Source: Patescibacteria group bacterium (GTDB lineage: Bacteria; Patescibacteriota; Minisyncoccia; Phycocordibacterales; UBA12079). Taken from it: a stretch of 64,000 bases of DNA. Made by a program: the position numbers and the translations under genes. Shown piece by piece: positions 43,163-53,906 of this stretch. The stretch spans positions 11,155-75,154 of the forward strand of contig JAHITU010000024.1 of NCBI GenBank assembly GCA_018817595.1, in the 5' to 3' direction. Under the pieces are notes generated by a model. The model was not told the DNA's origin, ran no database searches, and worked only from the letters and a program-made list of their open reading frames with translations. How positions within the stretch are numbered: position 1 is the stretch's first letter; each line of letters starts with the position of its first letter.

Positions 43163-46100
43163 CTATTTTGAAATAGTTTGAGCTGAGCTTCCGCCTGATG
43201 GCAATCCGTCTACTAGGTATCCGTTTGACCAATCTACATGAGCTAGAGCAGAAGTAGTTGTAGCGTGACCTGACCAAACAAAGTCATTGTTTGTATCAGC
43301 ATCTACAGTTGTTTCTGTTCCCATCAAAGTTGCCATTGCTGGGTAAGCTGCATCTCCTGAAATCTTAGTTGTAACATTTCCTGAGAATGTACCTGTTCCA
43401 GCTGTTAATGTAGTGTCTCCTTCTACTTTAAAGTAGTAAGTAGCACCTGCTGGGATATTCAAAACTGAACTAAATTCAACTTCGTTATCACCAGTTACTA
43501 GAGTAGCTGCTGCAGTTGCAAGTAATCCGTTTGTGTATCCAGATACTGGATTTGAGAAACTTGAATCTGTGTAAGCATATACTTCTAGGTTAGTTACAGT
43601 TGTTGTTCCTGATACAGCTGAAGCTGATGAAGTAGCAACATTTACAGTAACTTGGTTAAGTCCGATTCCATCACTTAATCCATCAGCATCTTTAGCTGTA
43701 ATGCTGAATTTGTACAATTCAACATCTGTTGATGAGATTAACACTGTGTTAGAAACATTAATCTTAGCAAATTCTGGATAAGCTCTGAATACTCTCACTC
43801 CATCAACAGCAGTATCTGATGCTGATGTTGTGTTGATAGTTGTTCCTGATTGTGCTCCTACTCCTTGAGTAGATGCAGTATAACCACCGTCAAAGTTTAC
43901 TTTCAATAATGCTCCTTGTGTTCCAACTTGAGATGTTCCGATCTTTGCAAGATCTCCTTTAATTGTCATAACTTTTGATCCATCTTTTGGAATCATAAAG
44001 TCAGTTGTCAAAGTAGATGTTGCGTAATCTGTACTTGTGAATGTAGCAACACCAACTTGTGTTGTTCCATCCCACAAAGTAACTCTAGTTAAGTCTGAAG
44101 GTGAACTTGAAGCAGCAGTCAATTGTAGACCTAATTTCTTCAAGTTAATAGCTTCATTTGTTCCTGTGAATTTCAATTTAGCAAGAACTACATCTGTTGT
44201 TCCAGCAGCAACAATCTTGTATGAAGGACTTGAGTCGTCTTTAACTACTGTGAATGTACCACCTGTTGTAGCTGTCATTATTTGTCCTGATCCTGTAGGA
44301 GTAGCTGTTGTGATAGTAGATCCTGAATCAAGACCTGATCCTGTTTGAGCAGCTGTCATACTCCATAGGTAAGTGTCTCCACTTGCTGAAGCTGAAATGT
44401 TACATTTTAGAGCAATTGTTTTTAGTGTTCCTTTAGGAATTACTAGTCCAGCACTGTCTAATGTAAATGTTTGAGCTGCAGTTTCACCTGAAGCAATGTC
44501 TTTGATGTTTGAACCTGTGTTCAAAGCTGTTGTTCCATCAAATAATTGACATCCTGTTTGATATTCTGAATTTGCTCCTGTAACTGTGTTATTTAATACC
44601 AATGTATTAAATTTAACATCTTCTCCTGATGCTGTTGCATCGAATTGGAAATTAGCCATTACAAATCCTTGTGCACCAGCTACCACGTTTTGTGCTACTG
44701 GGCTTGCGGATGTGCTGATTACAGCTGTTCCAGTTTTCAATGTCATTGTGTTTGAAGTCAATGTTGCATCAGGTGTAGGTGTAATTGAGTTACCTGTTGT
44801 TTGACCTGTTACTGTTGTCCAATCATCAGTAGGATTTGTGTCAATAATAATTGTTTGATCATTAACAAAATTTGTTCCTAATTGACCTTTCAATGTGTAA
44901 GTTCCTTTTCCTAATTGGAAAGTAACTGTATCTGTGAAAGTAATTGTTCCTGTTGTTTGTGCTGATACTGAAGTATAAGCTGCATCAACTGGACCAGCTA
45001 CTACTGAACCATTAGCATCAACCAAAGAAACATTAGTGATGTCGTCTACTTGACCTACAGCTGAACTAGCTGCAGCTGACGAACCAGTAAGTGTTACGTT
45101 GAATACCATTGAAGCCACTGAGATTGCTTCTCCTTTAGCTTCAATATCGAATCCACCTAATACTTGGTTGGCAACATTTTCAGCAATATTTTGTGCTTCT
45201 ACTGTTGTTGATTTTGATCCTTGTAATGAACCATTTGAAACAGTTACTACTGAAGCATCATACCAAGGTGTTCCTGTACTGAATCCTGTTCCTGTTGAAG
45301 CAGGAGTAATTCCATATCCGTAAGTTTCACCTGTTACATAAAGATCTGTATTTTTATACAAATCAAATGCAATTGTTCTACCTGATCCTGAAATGATATC
45401 TCCTTTAATAGTGATTTCTTTTGCAAGACCTTTATCTACAACAAGTCCTGTTCCAAATGTAGATGTATAGTATTTACCATCGGATGATACCATTACATCG
45501 TAAGCAACTCCGTCAACATAAGTCTTAAGGTTTCCTAAGTCTGATGCTGAAACTGAACCTGATTGATTCCATCTAATTGAATGAAGTCTAATCTTTTCAG
45601 CTGATCCAGCTGTTACTTTTATAGATGAGAATGTGTATCCGTCTACTCCAACTTCTTTTGTAGCTGTTGCATTAGGATCGTTCACTCCTCGAGCTGGTGT
45701 AGCTGATCCAATTGATAGGGAATCATTCATTGTGTGAGCTGTTCCCATGATTGGAAGAGCACCATTAACAGCAGCTGAAGTATTTACTCCAATCACTGAA
45801 AGTGATCCAACTTGTCCTCTGTATGAAGCCATTGTTGCTGCTGCAACCATGTTTCCAGCAATAGTTACTGTTTTTGAAGTTCCAGCTTTCACTGTGAAGT
45901 TTTCTCCAACTGTAGCTTGGTGTAGTGAGTTCAAAGTTTTAGCAATTCCGATTTGTGTTCCATCTTCATCCAGTAAGATGATTCCTGCGAACGCTGCATC
46001 TGCTGCTAAACCAGTTCTCTCTATTAATAGAGAGTTAACTACTACATCTCCATCAGCACTAGCTGTAAGAATAACTTTTGTGAAAGGAATTCTTGCTGCA

Positions 46101-46726
46101 GATGATACTGCCAAAGTAGCTGCTGGTTGTGATCCTGCGGAAATAGTTAATCCTGTTCCTGCAGGTGTTACAACTGGTGTAGTTGGGTCAACTGGAGTTG
46201 TAGGTGTAGTTGCAACAGTCATAGCATTTAATTTTGCTCTTGTTGAAGCTCCTACGAATCCTGTACCTGCAGTTAATCCTACTGGTGTCAAAATTTCTGA
46301 AGCGTATTTGTTTTGGAATTTGATTACAGCTGCTTTAGTTAATCCACCAAAGTATTCTGTTTCATTTCCTTTTGATCCTACTCCTGATGCTGCGATCATT
46401 GTGTCTGAACTCATGTTCAAAACTTTTTGTAGGTTCAATACGTCTGCTCCACTATCACCCATTGTTAGGTTTTTTGTGAAGTTATAAGATACTCCTGTTG
46501 TTGTAGTAGTACCTCCCATGTTTGATAATTGTGCTTGTAATGATGAAATCATTGCAAGTAAACTACTGATTTGTGCTGTAAGTTCTTCTACTGTTTGAGC
46601 TTGAGCTGGAGCAACTGCACCACCAAAAACCAAAGTAAGAGCCATAGCAACACCTGCGAATACTGAAACAGCCTTAGCTGCTGCAGAATCTTTAAGTTTA
46701 AATATACTCATAATATGTGTTTTCAA
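43163..46726 (-). CDS. Large secreted surface (S-layer-like) protein, 1187 aa, with an N-terminal peptidoglycan-binding-domain-like module
   Basis: Signal peptide ...AVAPAQA. LTMGDSGADVLNLQKVLN...YFGGLTKAAVIKFQNKYA resembles PG_binding_1. The remainder is Thr/Gly/Ala/Ser/Val-rich beta-strand repeats. The gene is markedly more GC-rich than its flanks. Confidence 0.55.
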   Translation of the reverse strand: MKTHIMSIFKLKDSAAAKAVSVFAGVAMALTLVFGGAVAPAQAQTVEELTAQISSLLAMISSLQAQLSNMGGTTTTTGVSYNFTKNLTMGDSGADVLNLQKVLNMSSDTMIAASGVGSKGNETEYFGGLTKAAVIKFQNKYASEILTPVGLTAGTGFVGASTRAKLNAMTVATTPTTPVDPTTPVVTPAGTGLTISAGSQPAATLAVSSAARIPFTKVILTASADGDVVVNSLLIERTGLAADAAFAGIILLDEDGTQIGIAKTLNSLHQATVGENFTVKAGTSKTVTIAGNMVAAATMASYRGQVGSLSVIGVNTSAAVNGALPIMGTAHTMNDSLSIGSATPARGVNDPNATATKEVGVDGYTFSSIKVTAGSAEKIRLHSIRWNQSGSVSASDLGNLKTYVDGVAYDVMVSSDGKYYTSTFGTGLVVDKGLAKEITIKGDIISGSGRTIAFDLYKNTDLYVTGETYGYGITPASTGTGFSTGTPWYDASVVTVSNGSLQGSKSTTVEAQNIAENVANQVLGGFDIEAKGEAISVASMVFNVTLTGSSAAASSAVGQVDDITNVSLVDANGSVVAGPVDAAYTSVSAQTTGTITFTDTVTFQLGKGTYTLKGQLGTNFVNDQTIIIDTNPTDDWTTVTGQTTGNSITPTPDATLTSNTMTLKTGTAVISTSASPVAQNVVAGAQGFVMANFQFDATASGEDVKFNTLVLNNTVTGANSEYQTGCQLFDGTTALNTGSNIKDIASGETAAQTFTLDSAGLVIPKGTLKTIALKCNISASASGDTYLWSMTAAQTGSGLDSGSTITTATPTGSGQIMTATTGGTFTVVKDDSSPSYKIVAAGTTDVVLAKLKFTGTNEAINLKKLGLQLTAASSSPSDLTRVTLWDGTTQVGVATFTSTDYATSTLTTDFMIPKDGSKVMTIKGDLAKIGTSQVGTQGALLKVNFDGGYTASTQGVGAQSGTTINTTSASDTAVDGVRVFRAYPEFAKINVSNTVLISSTDVELYKFSITAKDADGLSDGIGLNQVTVNVATSSASAVSGTTTVTNLEVYAYTDSSFSNPVSGYTNGLLATAAATLVTGDNEVEFSSVLNIPAGATYYFKVEGDTTLTAGTGTFSGNVTTKISGDAAYPAMATLMGTETTVDADTNNDFVWSGHATTTSALAHVDWSNGYLVDGLPSGGSSAQTISK

Positions 46727-47333
46727 AATTTCTTAAAAAATTATTACTAATAAAAATTTTAATGATTTTAAGAAATTGTAATGTACAAAATTATTTCTAA
46801 TTTTGTACGGCTAATAAACAATTAATAATTTCGTTTGTTAATTTTTATTACACCAATTATATTTACGACCAAATAAAATTGGTGCATTCGTTTGTTTTTG
46901 TTTTTAGGTTCCTCGAACCTTTTGGGATATTCAATTTTCAAAGTACATATTCATTGAACAACTCTTCCGATTTAAAACGGAAAATTTGTTAGTGAAATTA
47001 TATCTTGTCTTGTTTATCTTGCAAAGAAATTTTGTGGATAACTCACACAAAATAAACAGAAATATAACCTTATTATTTTATAATAATTAAGGTTAAAAAG
47101 CAAGAGATTTTCAACCCAACTATGCCGACAGGCAGGTACAAAAATATTACGGTCCTTCATATATACTAACATAAATATAAACTAATTCATATCTAAAAAA
47201 TTAAATTTTAAGACTTATTTTAAAGATAAATGAATAGGTTAAAAATATTATTAATGACTTTATGATTATAGTGACATGGGTTAAATATTAGGTGTTGTGA
47301 ATAGTTTTGTGAAATAATAATTTAATTGAGTTT

Positions 47334-47457
47334 TTCTGGACTGCTTCGCAAGCTCGCAGAGACGGTCACAAAGCGACCTTTACGGTTCGCTTTCAGCGAA
47401 CCGTCCCTGCCTGACGGCAGGCAGGTTTGCGAGGAGTTTGCGACGAAGCAATCCAGA
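47334..47457. repeat. GC-rich composite palindromic repeat with the CCTGCCTGACGGCAGGCAGG module placed centrally
   Basis: ttctggactgcttcgcaagctcgcagagacgg...cctgcctgacggcaggcagg...gcgacgaagcaatccagag. The internal minus-strand and plus-strand ORFs here are spurious. Confidence 0.6.
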
Positions 47458-47526
47458 GTATTTTTTAGAATTCAGGTATCTATTTTAGTTTTAGTCCTCC
47501 GACTTTATTAAATTAAAAGTTTATTG

Positions 47527-48285
47527 TTATTCACTAATCAATGAATATCGGCTCCATCTTCTCTCCCCTTCCTTGTTCAAAAGTTTGTCTTTTAACATTG
47601 ATTGTAATTCTCTTTGGATTGTTTTTTCACTGCAGTCTGAAATTGTCTTTGATATGTCCTTTATAGTTAGTTTTTGTCCTTTAGATAAAATTTCAATGAT
47701 TTTATCACGACGAGATATTTTCTTTTCGTTATTTGTAATCTTATCTGTTTTTGTCTTTTTTGAATCAAAAACATTATGTCCTTTATATTTAAACTGTCCT
47801 TTATCCTCGTTAATGTCTTTTACGGAATTTAAGACATCTTCAATTTCTTTCGGGCGTAAAGATTTGTCTTTAACTTTAAAATAATCCCCTCCTAAATATG
47901 GGGAAAGTTGGTTATTTATTTTAATAGAATTATTTTTTATTAAAGACAAAAGTAAATCAAATTCTCTCTTTAAAACCTCATGATTATCTTCTGAAATTAA
48001 ATTAGTAGCAGAAGCTAATTCTAAAAAGGACAAGATTTCAAAAATCTGAAAAGATATAGTTGAGAAGATTTTAAATTTATCCGAGAAAGAATCATCATTT
48101 AATTTCATAACTTCTGAAAATAGATTTACTGCTTTTTTCCGAACTTCCCATTTTAATGGTTCTTTTTCCTTCAAGTAATCAGTAATTAAATACAAAGCAG
48201 AAACAATCTTCTCTGTTTTTTTAATAAAGAAGGTTAAATATAGGTCATTATTATATCTTTTATTTATAATATCTAATGAATTCAT
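47527..48285 (-). CDS. Hypothetical protein with a C-terminal winged-helix DNA-binding domain
   Basis: C-terminus DKIIEILSKGQKLTIKDISKTISDCSEKTIQRELQSMLKDKLLNKEGERRWSRYSL is typical of wHTH regulator tails. Confidence 0.4.
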   Translation of the reverse strand: MNSLDIINKRYNNDLYLTFFIKKTEKIVSALYLITDYLKEKEPLKWEVRKKAVNLFSEVMKLNDDSFSDKFKIFSTISFQIFEILSFLELASATNLISEDNHEVLKREFDLLLSLIKNNSIKINNQLSPYLGGDYFKVKDKSLRPKEIEDVLNSVKDINEDKGQFKYKGHNVFDSKKTKTDKITNNEKKISRRDKIIEILSKGQKLTIKDISKTISDCSEKTIQRELQSMLKDKLLNKEGERRWSRYSLISE

Positions 48286-48464
48286 TTGTGTCTTTCTTGT
48301 TATTTATATATGTCCATTATATGTCTTTTATTCAGAAACGCAAACATTTTTGTGTCTTTTAAGATGTCTTTTTTATAAAGGACATATAGATTAGTCTAAA
48401 GTTAAAAGTCTATAAAGTCGAAAGTCTTAGAATAAATTTTCAAAATAAATTTATAATTATTATT

Positions 48465-48595
48465 TCTGGATTGCTTCCCCAACACTTTGTTGCAACAATG
48501 TTAATAAAGTTTAAAAAAAATAAACAATAATCTATAAAATAATAGTAAGTAATTTAATTCAAAGTACTGGGTCGCAAAGACGAAAAGATTTAAAC
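48465..48595. mobile_element. MITE-like element, copy B
   Basis: See copy A at 42300-42445: shared 26-nt left end and a related right end. Confidence 0.5.
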
Positions 48596-48682
48596 TTCTA
48601 ATTAGATTTTATTCACTAAAATTCTTATTTAAAATATGTTAAAATTAAGGAAATTAATATTAAAAAATATTTATAAATTAAA

Positions 48683-50965
48683 ATGAAAAAGAAATTAAAA
48701 AAGAAAGAAGCAGAAATAGAAACAGAATCATTCTTTAGTAAAATTAAGGATGAAACATTGCAAGGAGTTATGACTATAATATTTTTTGTATTAGGAATTT
48801 TTTTAATTTTGGCTTCAATGGACTATGGAGGATTAGCTGGTGAAAAAGTTTACTCATTATTTAGTCTCCTATTTGGAGTTGGTTATTTTCTTCTCCCTGT
48901 TCTCTTGTTCATAATCGCCTACTCAAACACCCTGGAGCTAAGATCAAAAATGGCTTCTACAAAAACAGTTGGTTCTCTAATTTTCTTTCTTTCAGGATTA
49001 GGAATAGTTTCCATTCTATTTCCAGACAAAGGAGGAATTTTCGGAGGAGCTATCGCCTCCCCTCTTTTAAAACTTTTTGATATTTATGCTTCTTTAATTT
49101 TTCTAACAGCACTTCTTATAATCTCTCTTTTAGTAATTTTCGACACTGAACTTAATTTCAAAAAATTAATGTTTTGGAAAAATCGTTCTGAAGGAGAAGA
49201 TTTCGATGATGAGATTCAAGAAGAAAAAGAATTTAAAATCACTGGAGTAACAGAAACAGAAAAAGATGATTCCCCTGCCCTAGAAAAAATACCTCAACAA
49301 AAAGTCTTAACCAAGAAAGAAAAAGAAGAAGAGGATTTTGAAAAAGATGTTTCTATGACAGGAGGATTTCTTTCGAGGAAAGCCCTAGAGTATTTTGGTA
49401 AAAGAACATTACTACCTCCAATATCTCTCCTGAACAAAGATAAAGGTAAACCAGAAGTTGGAGATATCAAAGCAAACTCAAATATAATTAAAAGAACATT
49501 AAAGAATTTTGGCATTAATGTGGAAATGGACGAAATTTCTATTGGGCCGTCCGTAACCCGTTATGCTCTGAAACCAGCCGAAGGAATTAAATTAGCTAGG
49601 ATTGTTGGATTACAAAATGACCTATCTTTGGCTCTCGCTGCCCACCCTCTTCGTATTGAAGCTCCTATCCCTGGAAAATCTTTGGTAGGAATTGAAATCC
49701 CCAACAAAACAAAAACTATGGTTGGATTAGGATCTCTATTTAACCAAAAAGAATTCCAACAAAGCGACAAATTACTAACCATCGCTCTTGGAAAAGATAT
49801 TTCAGGAAAGGCTCATTTCGTTAACTTGGCTAAAGCTCCTCATATGTTAATCGCTGGAGCCACTGGTGCAGGTAAGTCTGTAACTATCCACGCCTTAATC
49901 ACTTCCCTTCTATATAAAGCCACTCCAGACAATCTTAAATTTATAATGATTGACCCTAAACGAGTAGAGTTAACTCAATACAAAAATATACCTCATCAAT
50001 TAACTCCGGTAATCACAGATGCTAAAAAAGCTATCCTTGCTCTTAAGTGGGCGATTAAAGAAATGGATAGGCGTTATGATATTTTGGAATCTCATTCAGT
50101 ACGAGATATTCAGTCATATCATAAAAATATTGTGGCTCCTGCCTATGAAAAAGCTTTGAAACAAAAACAGGATATTGATGTGGAACTTCCAGATGCAATG
50201 CCATATATAGTAATCGTAATTGATGAATTAGCTGATATTATGCAAACCTACCCGAGAGAATTAGAGGCAGCAATTGTAAGATTGGCTCAAATGAGTCGTG
50301 CAATTGGAATCCATTTAGTGCTTTCAACCCAAAGACCTTCTGTAAATGTTATTACAGGATTAATTAAAGCCAATGTTCCTACAAGAGTAGCCCTACAAGT
50401 AGCCTCCCAAGTTGACTCAAGAACAATTCTTGATATGAGTGGAGCTGAAAAATTATTAGGGGCTGGAGATATGTTGTATATGTCAGGAGATATGTCGAAA
50501 CCCACCCGTATTCAATCTGCTTTTATCTCAGAACCAGAACTAAAAGCTGTTACAAAATTCCTAAGAGAATCATACAAAGACGAAATTCCTCACGAAATAG
50601 ACATAAGTTCAGCTGAAAAAGATAGGAACCCATTATTTGATGCTTTAAATGACACAAATGAGGATTCAGATGATTTATTCGATGAAGCTAGAGAAGCAGT
50701 TATTGAAGCTGGAAAAGCTTCAACGTCTTATTTACAAAGAAAATTAAGAGTGGGTTATGCTCGAGCTGCTCGTATAATGGATGAATTAGAGGAAGCTGGA
50801 ATGATTGGACCTGCTGATGGATCAAAACCAAGAGAAGTATTAGTTGGAAATGAGACTGAAGAGGAACCCTCTACCGAAGATAATGAAATTATAGAAAACA
50901 ATGAAGAAGAATCAGGGTATTTAGTAGAAGACAAGGAACAAGAAATAAATAGAAATCATGAGTAA
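48683..50965 (+). CDS. ftsK: DNA translocase FtsK/SpoIIIE
   Basis: N-terminal 4-TM domain, acidic linker, motor domain with Walker A IAGATGAGKSV and Walker B IVIDELAD, and a C-terminal gamma winged helix (YLQRKLRVGYARAARIMDELEEAGMIGP). Confidence 0.9.
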   Translation: MKKKLKKKEAEIETESFFSKIKDETLQGVMTIIFFVLGIFLILASMDYGGLAGEKVYSLFSLLFGVGYFLLPVLLFIIAYSNTLELRSKMASTKTVGSLIFFLSGLGIVSILFPDKGGIFGGAIASPLLKLFDIYASLIFLTALLIISLLVIFDTELNFKKLMFWKNRSEGEDFDDEIQEEKEFKITGVTETEKDDSPALEKIPQQKVLTKKEKEEEDFEKDVSMTGGFLSRKALEYFGKRTLLPPISLLNKDKGKPEVGDIKANSNIIKRTLKNFGINVEMDEISIGPSVTRYALKPAEGIKLARIVGLQNDLSLALAAHPLRIEAPIPGKSLVGIEIPNKTKTMVGLGSLFNQKEFQQSDKLLTIALGKDISGKAHFVNLAKAPHMLIAGATGAGKSVTIHALITSLLYKATPDNLKFIMIDPKRVELTQYKNIPHQLTPVITDAKKAILALKWAIKEMDRRYDILESHSVRDIQSYHKNIVAPAYEKALKQKQDIDVELPDAMPYIVIVIDELADIMQTYPRELEAAIVRLAQMSRAIGIHLVLSTQRPSVNVITGLIKANVPTRVALQVASQVDSRTILDMSGAEKLLGAGDMLYMSGDMSKPTRIQSAFISEPELKAVTKFLRESYKDEIPHEIDISSAEKDRNPLFDALNDTNEDSDDLFDEAREAVIEAGKASTSYLQRKLRVGYARAARIMDELEEAGMIGPADGSKPREVLVGNETEEEPSTEDNEIIENNEEESGYLVEDKEQEINRNHE

Positions 50966-51308
50966 ATTAATCCCTAAAAAAATCAGTATTTATTTGTTTT
51001 TGATAATTTTAGGATTGACTGCTTGTTATAGCTATTATCAGACAAAATCATTCACAAAAGGACCTGTATTAGTAATAGAAGATCCAATAGACGGGTCATT
51101 ATTACAAACCAACCCGATTATAATCAAAGGATATTCTGAAAATATTTCCTATATTTCAATAAACGGAAGACAAGTTTTTGTTGACGAAGAAGGATACTTA
51201 AAGGAAAAGATGCTTTTATCCTTAGGTTATAATATAATAAAAGTATCAGCGAAAGATAAGTACAAAAGAGAAATTGAAAAAAAGATAGAGTTGGTGTACC
51301 AGAACTAG
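50958..51308 (+). CDS. Putative lipoprotein (116 aa)
   Basis: Signal peptide with lipobox LGLTAC. Overlaps the ftsK stop by 8 nt. Confidence 0.45.
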   Translation: MSKLIPKKISIYLFLIILGLTACYSYYQTKSFTKGPVLVIEDPIDGSLLQTNPIIIKGYSENISYISINGRQVFVDEEGYLKEKMLLSLGYNIIKVSAKDKYKREIEKKIELVYQN

Positions 51309-51324
51309 TCGAAAGCCTGTAAAG

Positions 51325-51478
51325 CCTGCCTGCCGGCAGGCAGGTCCATAAAGTCAAAAGTCGAAAATCAAATCTCTGGATTGCTTCGCTGACGCTCGCA
51401 AAGACGAATTTTTCAAAATAAAATTCGTTAACGAAAATCTATGATTTTCGTCTCTACGAGCGTCAGCAAGGAAGTCAA
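51325..51478. repeat. GC palindrome CCTGCCTGCCGGCAGGCAGG plus an AAGTC-pentamer tract plus a composite GC-rich repeat unit
   Basis: cctgcctgccggcaggcagg, gtccataaagtcaaaagtcgaaaatc, and tctggattgcttcgctgacgctcgcaaagacgaa...cgtctctacgagcgtcagc. Confidence 0.6.
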
Positions 51479-51508
51479 GTAAATTATTATTCCATTATAA
51501 AAAACATT

Positions 51509-52555
51509 ATGCCTAAAAAGAAAGAGGACGAGAAAAAAGACGCAAAAAAAGTATCCACAAAAGCAGAAAATACTGCTAAAAAGGATTCAAAGGTAGAAGA
51601 TACTCTTGCTCAAATAAGGACTAAATTTGGAGAAGATTCAATCATTCGTTTAGGAGACGCTCCTAAGGTAGATATAGAAGCTATTCCTACGGGTTCTATA
51701 GGTTTAGATGAAGCTTTAGGAATTGGAGGAATCCCAAGAGGTAGAATTATTGAAATTTTTGGGCCAGAGTCATCAGGAAAAACAACCCTAGCCCTTCATA
51801 TTATTGCTGAATCACAAAAGAAAAACGGTGTATGTGCCTTTGTTGATGCGGAGCATGCATTAGATCCAGTTTATGCAAAAAATCTAGGAGTAAAGATAAA
51901 TGATTTATTAGTATCGCAACCAGATACAGGAGAACAATCTCTAGAAATTACAGAATCGTTGGTTCGTTCTGGTAAAATAGATGTAATAGTAATCGACTCA
52001 GTAGCTGCATTAACCCCTCAGGCTGAAATTGAAGGAGATATGGGAGCCCATCATGTGGGAAGACAAGCTCGTTTAATGTCACAAGCCCTAAGAAAACTAA
52101 CAGCTATTGTAGCTAAATCAAGAACCACAGTTATTTTCATTAACCAGATAAGAATGAAAATCGGTGTAATGTTTGGTAGTCCTGAAACAACTCCAGGAGG
52201 AAAGGCTCTTAAATTCTATACCTCTGTTAGATTAGATATTAGAAGAATTGCTCAAATTAAAAAAGGAACAGAAATCGTAGGAGGACGTGTAAGAGTCAAA
52301 GTTGTTAAAAACAAAGTAGCTCCCCCATTCAAAATGACTGAATTCGATTTAATTTATAATGAGGGTATTTCTCGTGAAGGAGAAATATTAGCTCTAGGAG
52401 AAAAATATGGAATTATCTCCAAGTCAGGTTCGTCCTATGGTTATGGAGAAATTAAATTAGGAAGAGGATATGATGCCTCTCGCCAATTTTTAAAAGCAGA
52501 CCAAAAATTATTTAATGAAATTTTAAGAAAAATTCGAGAAGAAATGAGAAAATAA
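51509..52555 (+). CDS. recA: Recombinase RecA
   Basis: Walker [11 protein letters not shown]1/L2 loops, and the [23 protein letters not shown] signature. Confidence 0.95.
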   Translation: MPKKKEDEKKDAKKVSTKAENTAKKDSKVEDTLAQIRTKFGEDSIIRLGDAPKVDIEAIPTGSIGLDEALGIGGIPRGRIIEIFGPESSGKTTLALHIIAESQKKNGVCAFVDAEHALDPVYAKNLGVKINDLLVSQPDTGEQSLEITESLVRSGKIDVIVIDSVAALTPQAEIEGDMGAHHVGRQARLMSQALRKLTAIVAKSRTTVIFINQIRMKIGVMFGSPETTPGGKALKFYTSVRLDIRRIAQIKKGTEIVGGRVRVKVVKNKVAPPFKMTEFDLIYNEGISREGEILALGEKYGIISKSGSSYGYGEIKLGRGYDASRQFLKADQKLFNEILRKIREEMRK

Positions 52556-52721
52556 TTAAAAAGTTCGGTTTTAACCGAACTTTTTAACTATTTCTAGATT
52601 TATGATTTAAGAATTAAGATTTAAGATATTAAACACTTTCAACGGCTCAAGTCTTTGAGTCATTGAATAAAAAAAATTTAAATGATAGAGTATACGGATT
52701 AAAAACTTAGAAATTAAATTT

Positions 52722-53285
52722 ATGATATTATCCTACAATGAAGTAATTCCTAAAAAATTTATTAATTTAGATGGAATCCCTTACGAGGTGCTTTCTTCAC
52801 ATGTTTTTAGAAAACAGCAAAGGAAACCAGTAAACCAAACTAAATTAAGAAATCTTTTGAATGGTAAGCAAATTGAAAAAACTTTCCACCAGCCAGATAA
52901 AATCGAATCAGCAGAAATTGAATTTAGAAAAATAAAATTCTTATACCAAAACAAAGAGGAATTCTGGTTTTGTGAAGAAAATAACCCAAAAGAAAGATTT
53001 AAAATTGACGGTAACGCTATTTCGATAAAGTTTTTGAAAGAAAATTCATTAGTTGACGCTATGTTTTTTGATGATAAAGCTATAGGAATTAAATTACCTA
53101 CTAAATTAGACCTTAAGGTTGTAGAAGCTCCCCCAGCTAATAAGGGAAATACCGTATCTGGAGCTAACAAACCAGTAAAAGTAGAAACAGGTGATTTTGT
53201 TACTGTTCCAATATTTATCAAAGAAGGTGATATTATCAGAGTTAATACGGAAAAAGGAGAATATGTAGAGAGGGTTACAAACTAA
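52722..53285 (+). CDS. efp: Elongation factor P
   Basis: 187 aa with a three-domain EF-P pattern (KLRNLLNGKQIEKTF; KGNTVSGANKPVKVETG; IKVDT/RVNTEKGEYVERV). Confidence 0.8.
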   Translation: MILSYNEVIPKKFINLDGIPYEVLSSHVFRKQQRKPVNQTKLRNLLNGKQIEKTFHQPDKIESAEIEFRKIKFLYQNKEEFWFCEENNPKERFKIDGNAISIKFLKENSLVDAMFFDDKAIGIKLPTKLDLKVVEAPPANKGNTVSGANKPVKVETGDFVTVPIFIKEGDIIRVNTEKGEYVERVTN

Positions 53286-53339
53286 AAAATAGACAAAGAA
53301 AAAATGAGCTTTAGCTCATTTTTTCTTTGTCTATTTTTT
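53285..53339. terminator. Long perfect-stem bidirectional terminator after efp
   Basis: aaaaatagacaaagaaaaaatgagc-ttt-gctcattttttctttgtctattttt (stem of about 25 bp). Confidence 0.6.
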
Positions 53340-53446
53340 AGAATTATAAATTAAAAATTGTAAATTTTATATTGAATTTTTATTTTTAAAAAACTTTAAG
53401 CGGAAAGGGGGGTTCCCTTTCCGCCTTGAATCTATGTTTATGATTC

Positions 53447-53746
53447 TTATTTCGCTTTCAAAAGGTCTTTGGGAGGTAGTTTGTGATATTCTATTCCACA
53501 AATATCACAATGAAAACCTTCTGTAACTGGATTTCCATACCCAGCGAATTTTTTATGACCACCAGGTCCAAAAACTCCTTTTCTACCACCTGTAAAGTTG
53601 GCAGGTTTACGAGTCCTTTCAACTACTTCTCCTCCACAAGAAGAACAAAATCTTCCTGTCTTTTTTTCTTGGTAAGGGTTTTCTTTTTCTTTTTCTCGAT
53701 TCTCTTTAAATCTTTTAAAAAAATCTCTTTTTTTTAATTCATCCAC
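53447..53746 (-). CDS. Zinc-ribbon protein (two CxxC pairs), 99 aa
   Basis: CSSCGG...CDICG. Sits where rplI often follows rpsR. Confidence 0.4.
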   Translation of the reverse strand: MDELKKRDFFKRFKENREKEKENPYQEKKTGRFCSSCGGEVVERTRKPANFTGGRKGVFGPGGHKKFAGYGNPVTEGFHCDICGIEYHKLPPKDLLKAK

Positions 53747-53906
53747 TTTCTTCTCCTTAAATAAAAAGTTAAAGAATTATTTTTATGAATAACTAGCTAT
53801 TGGCATATTACATTAAAACCCCTCAAAATACAACAAAAAAACAATTGCTTTGGCAACTGTTTTTTGTTTTCATGCCTGCCTGTCGGTAGGCAGGTTTTAA
53901 TGATTC

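Noticed and set aside
40550-47043. Four perfect DnaA-box 9-mers (TGTGGATAA, the complement of TTATCCACA) at 28889, 40550, 41334 and 47033, a possible oriC.
   Set aside because: Two are part of the conserved 5' flank of REP copies and a third resembles that flank (TGTGGATAACTCACAC). They are kilobases apart rather than clustered, and no dnaA, dnaN or AT-rich DNA-unwinding element is organised around them. They are better explained as repeat-associated sequence.
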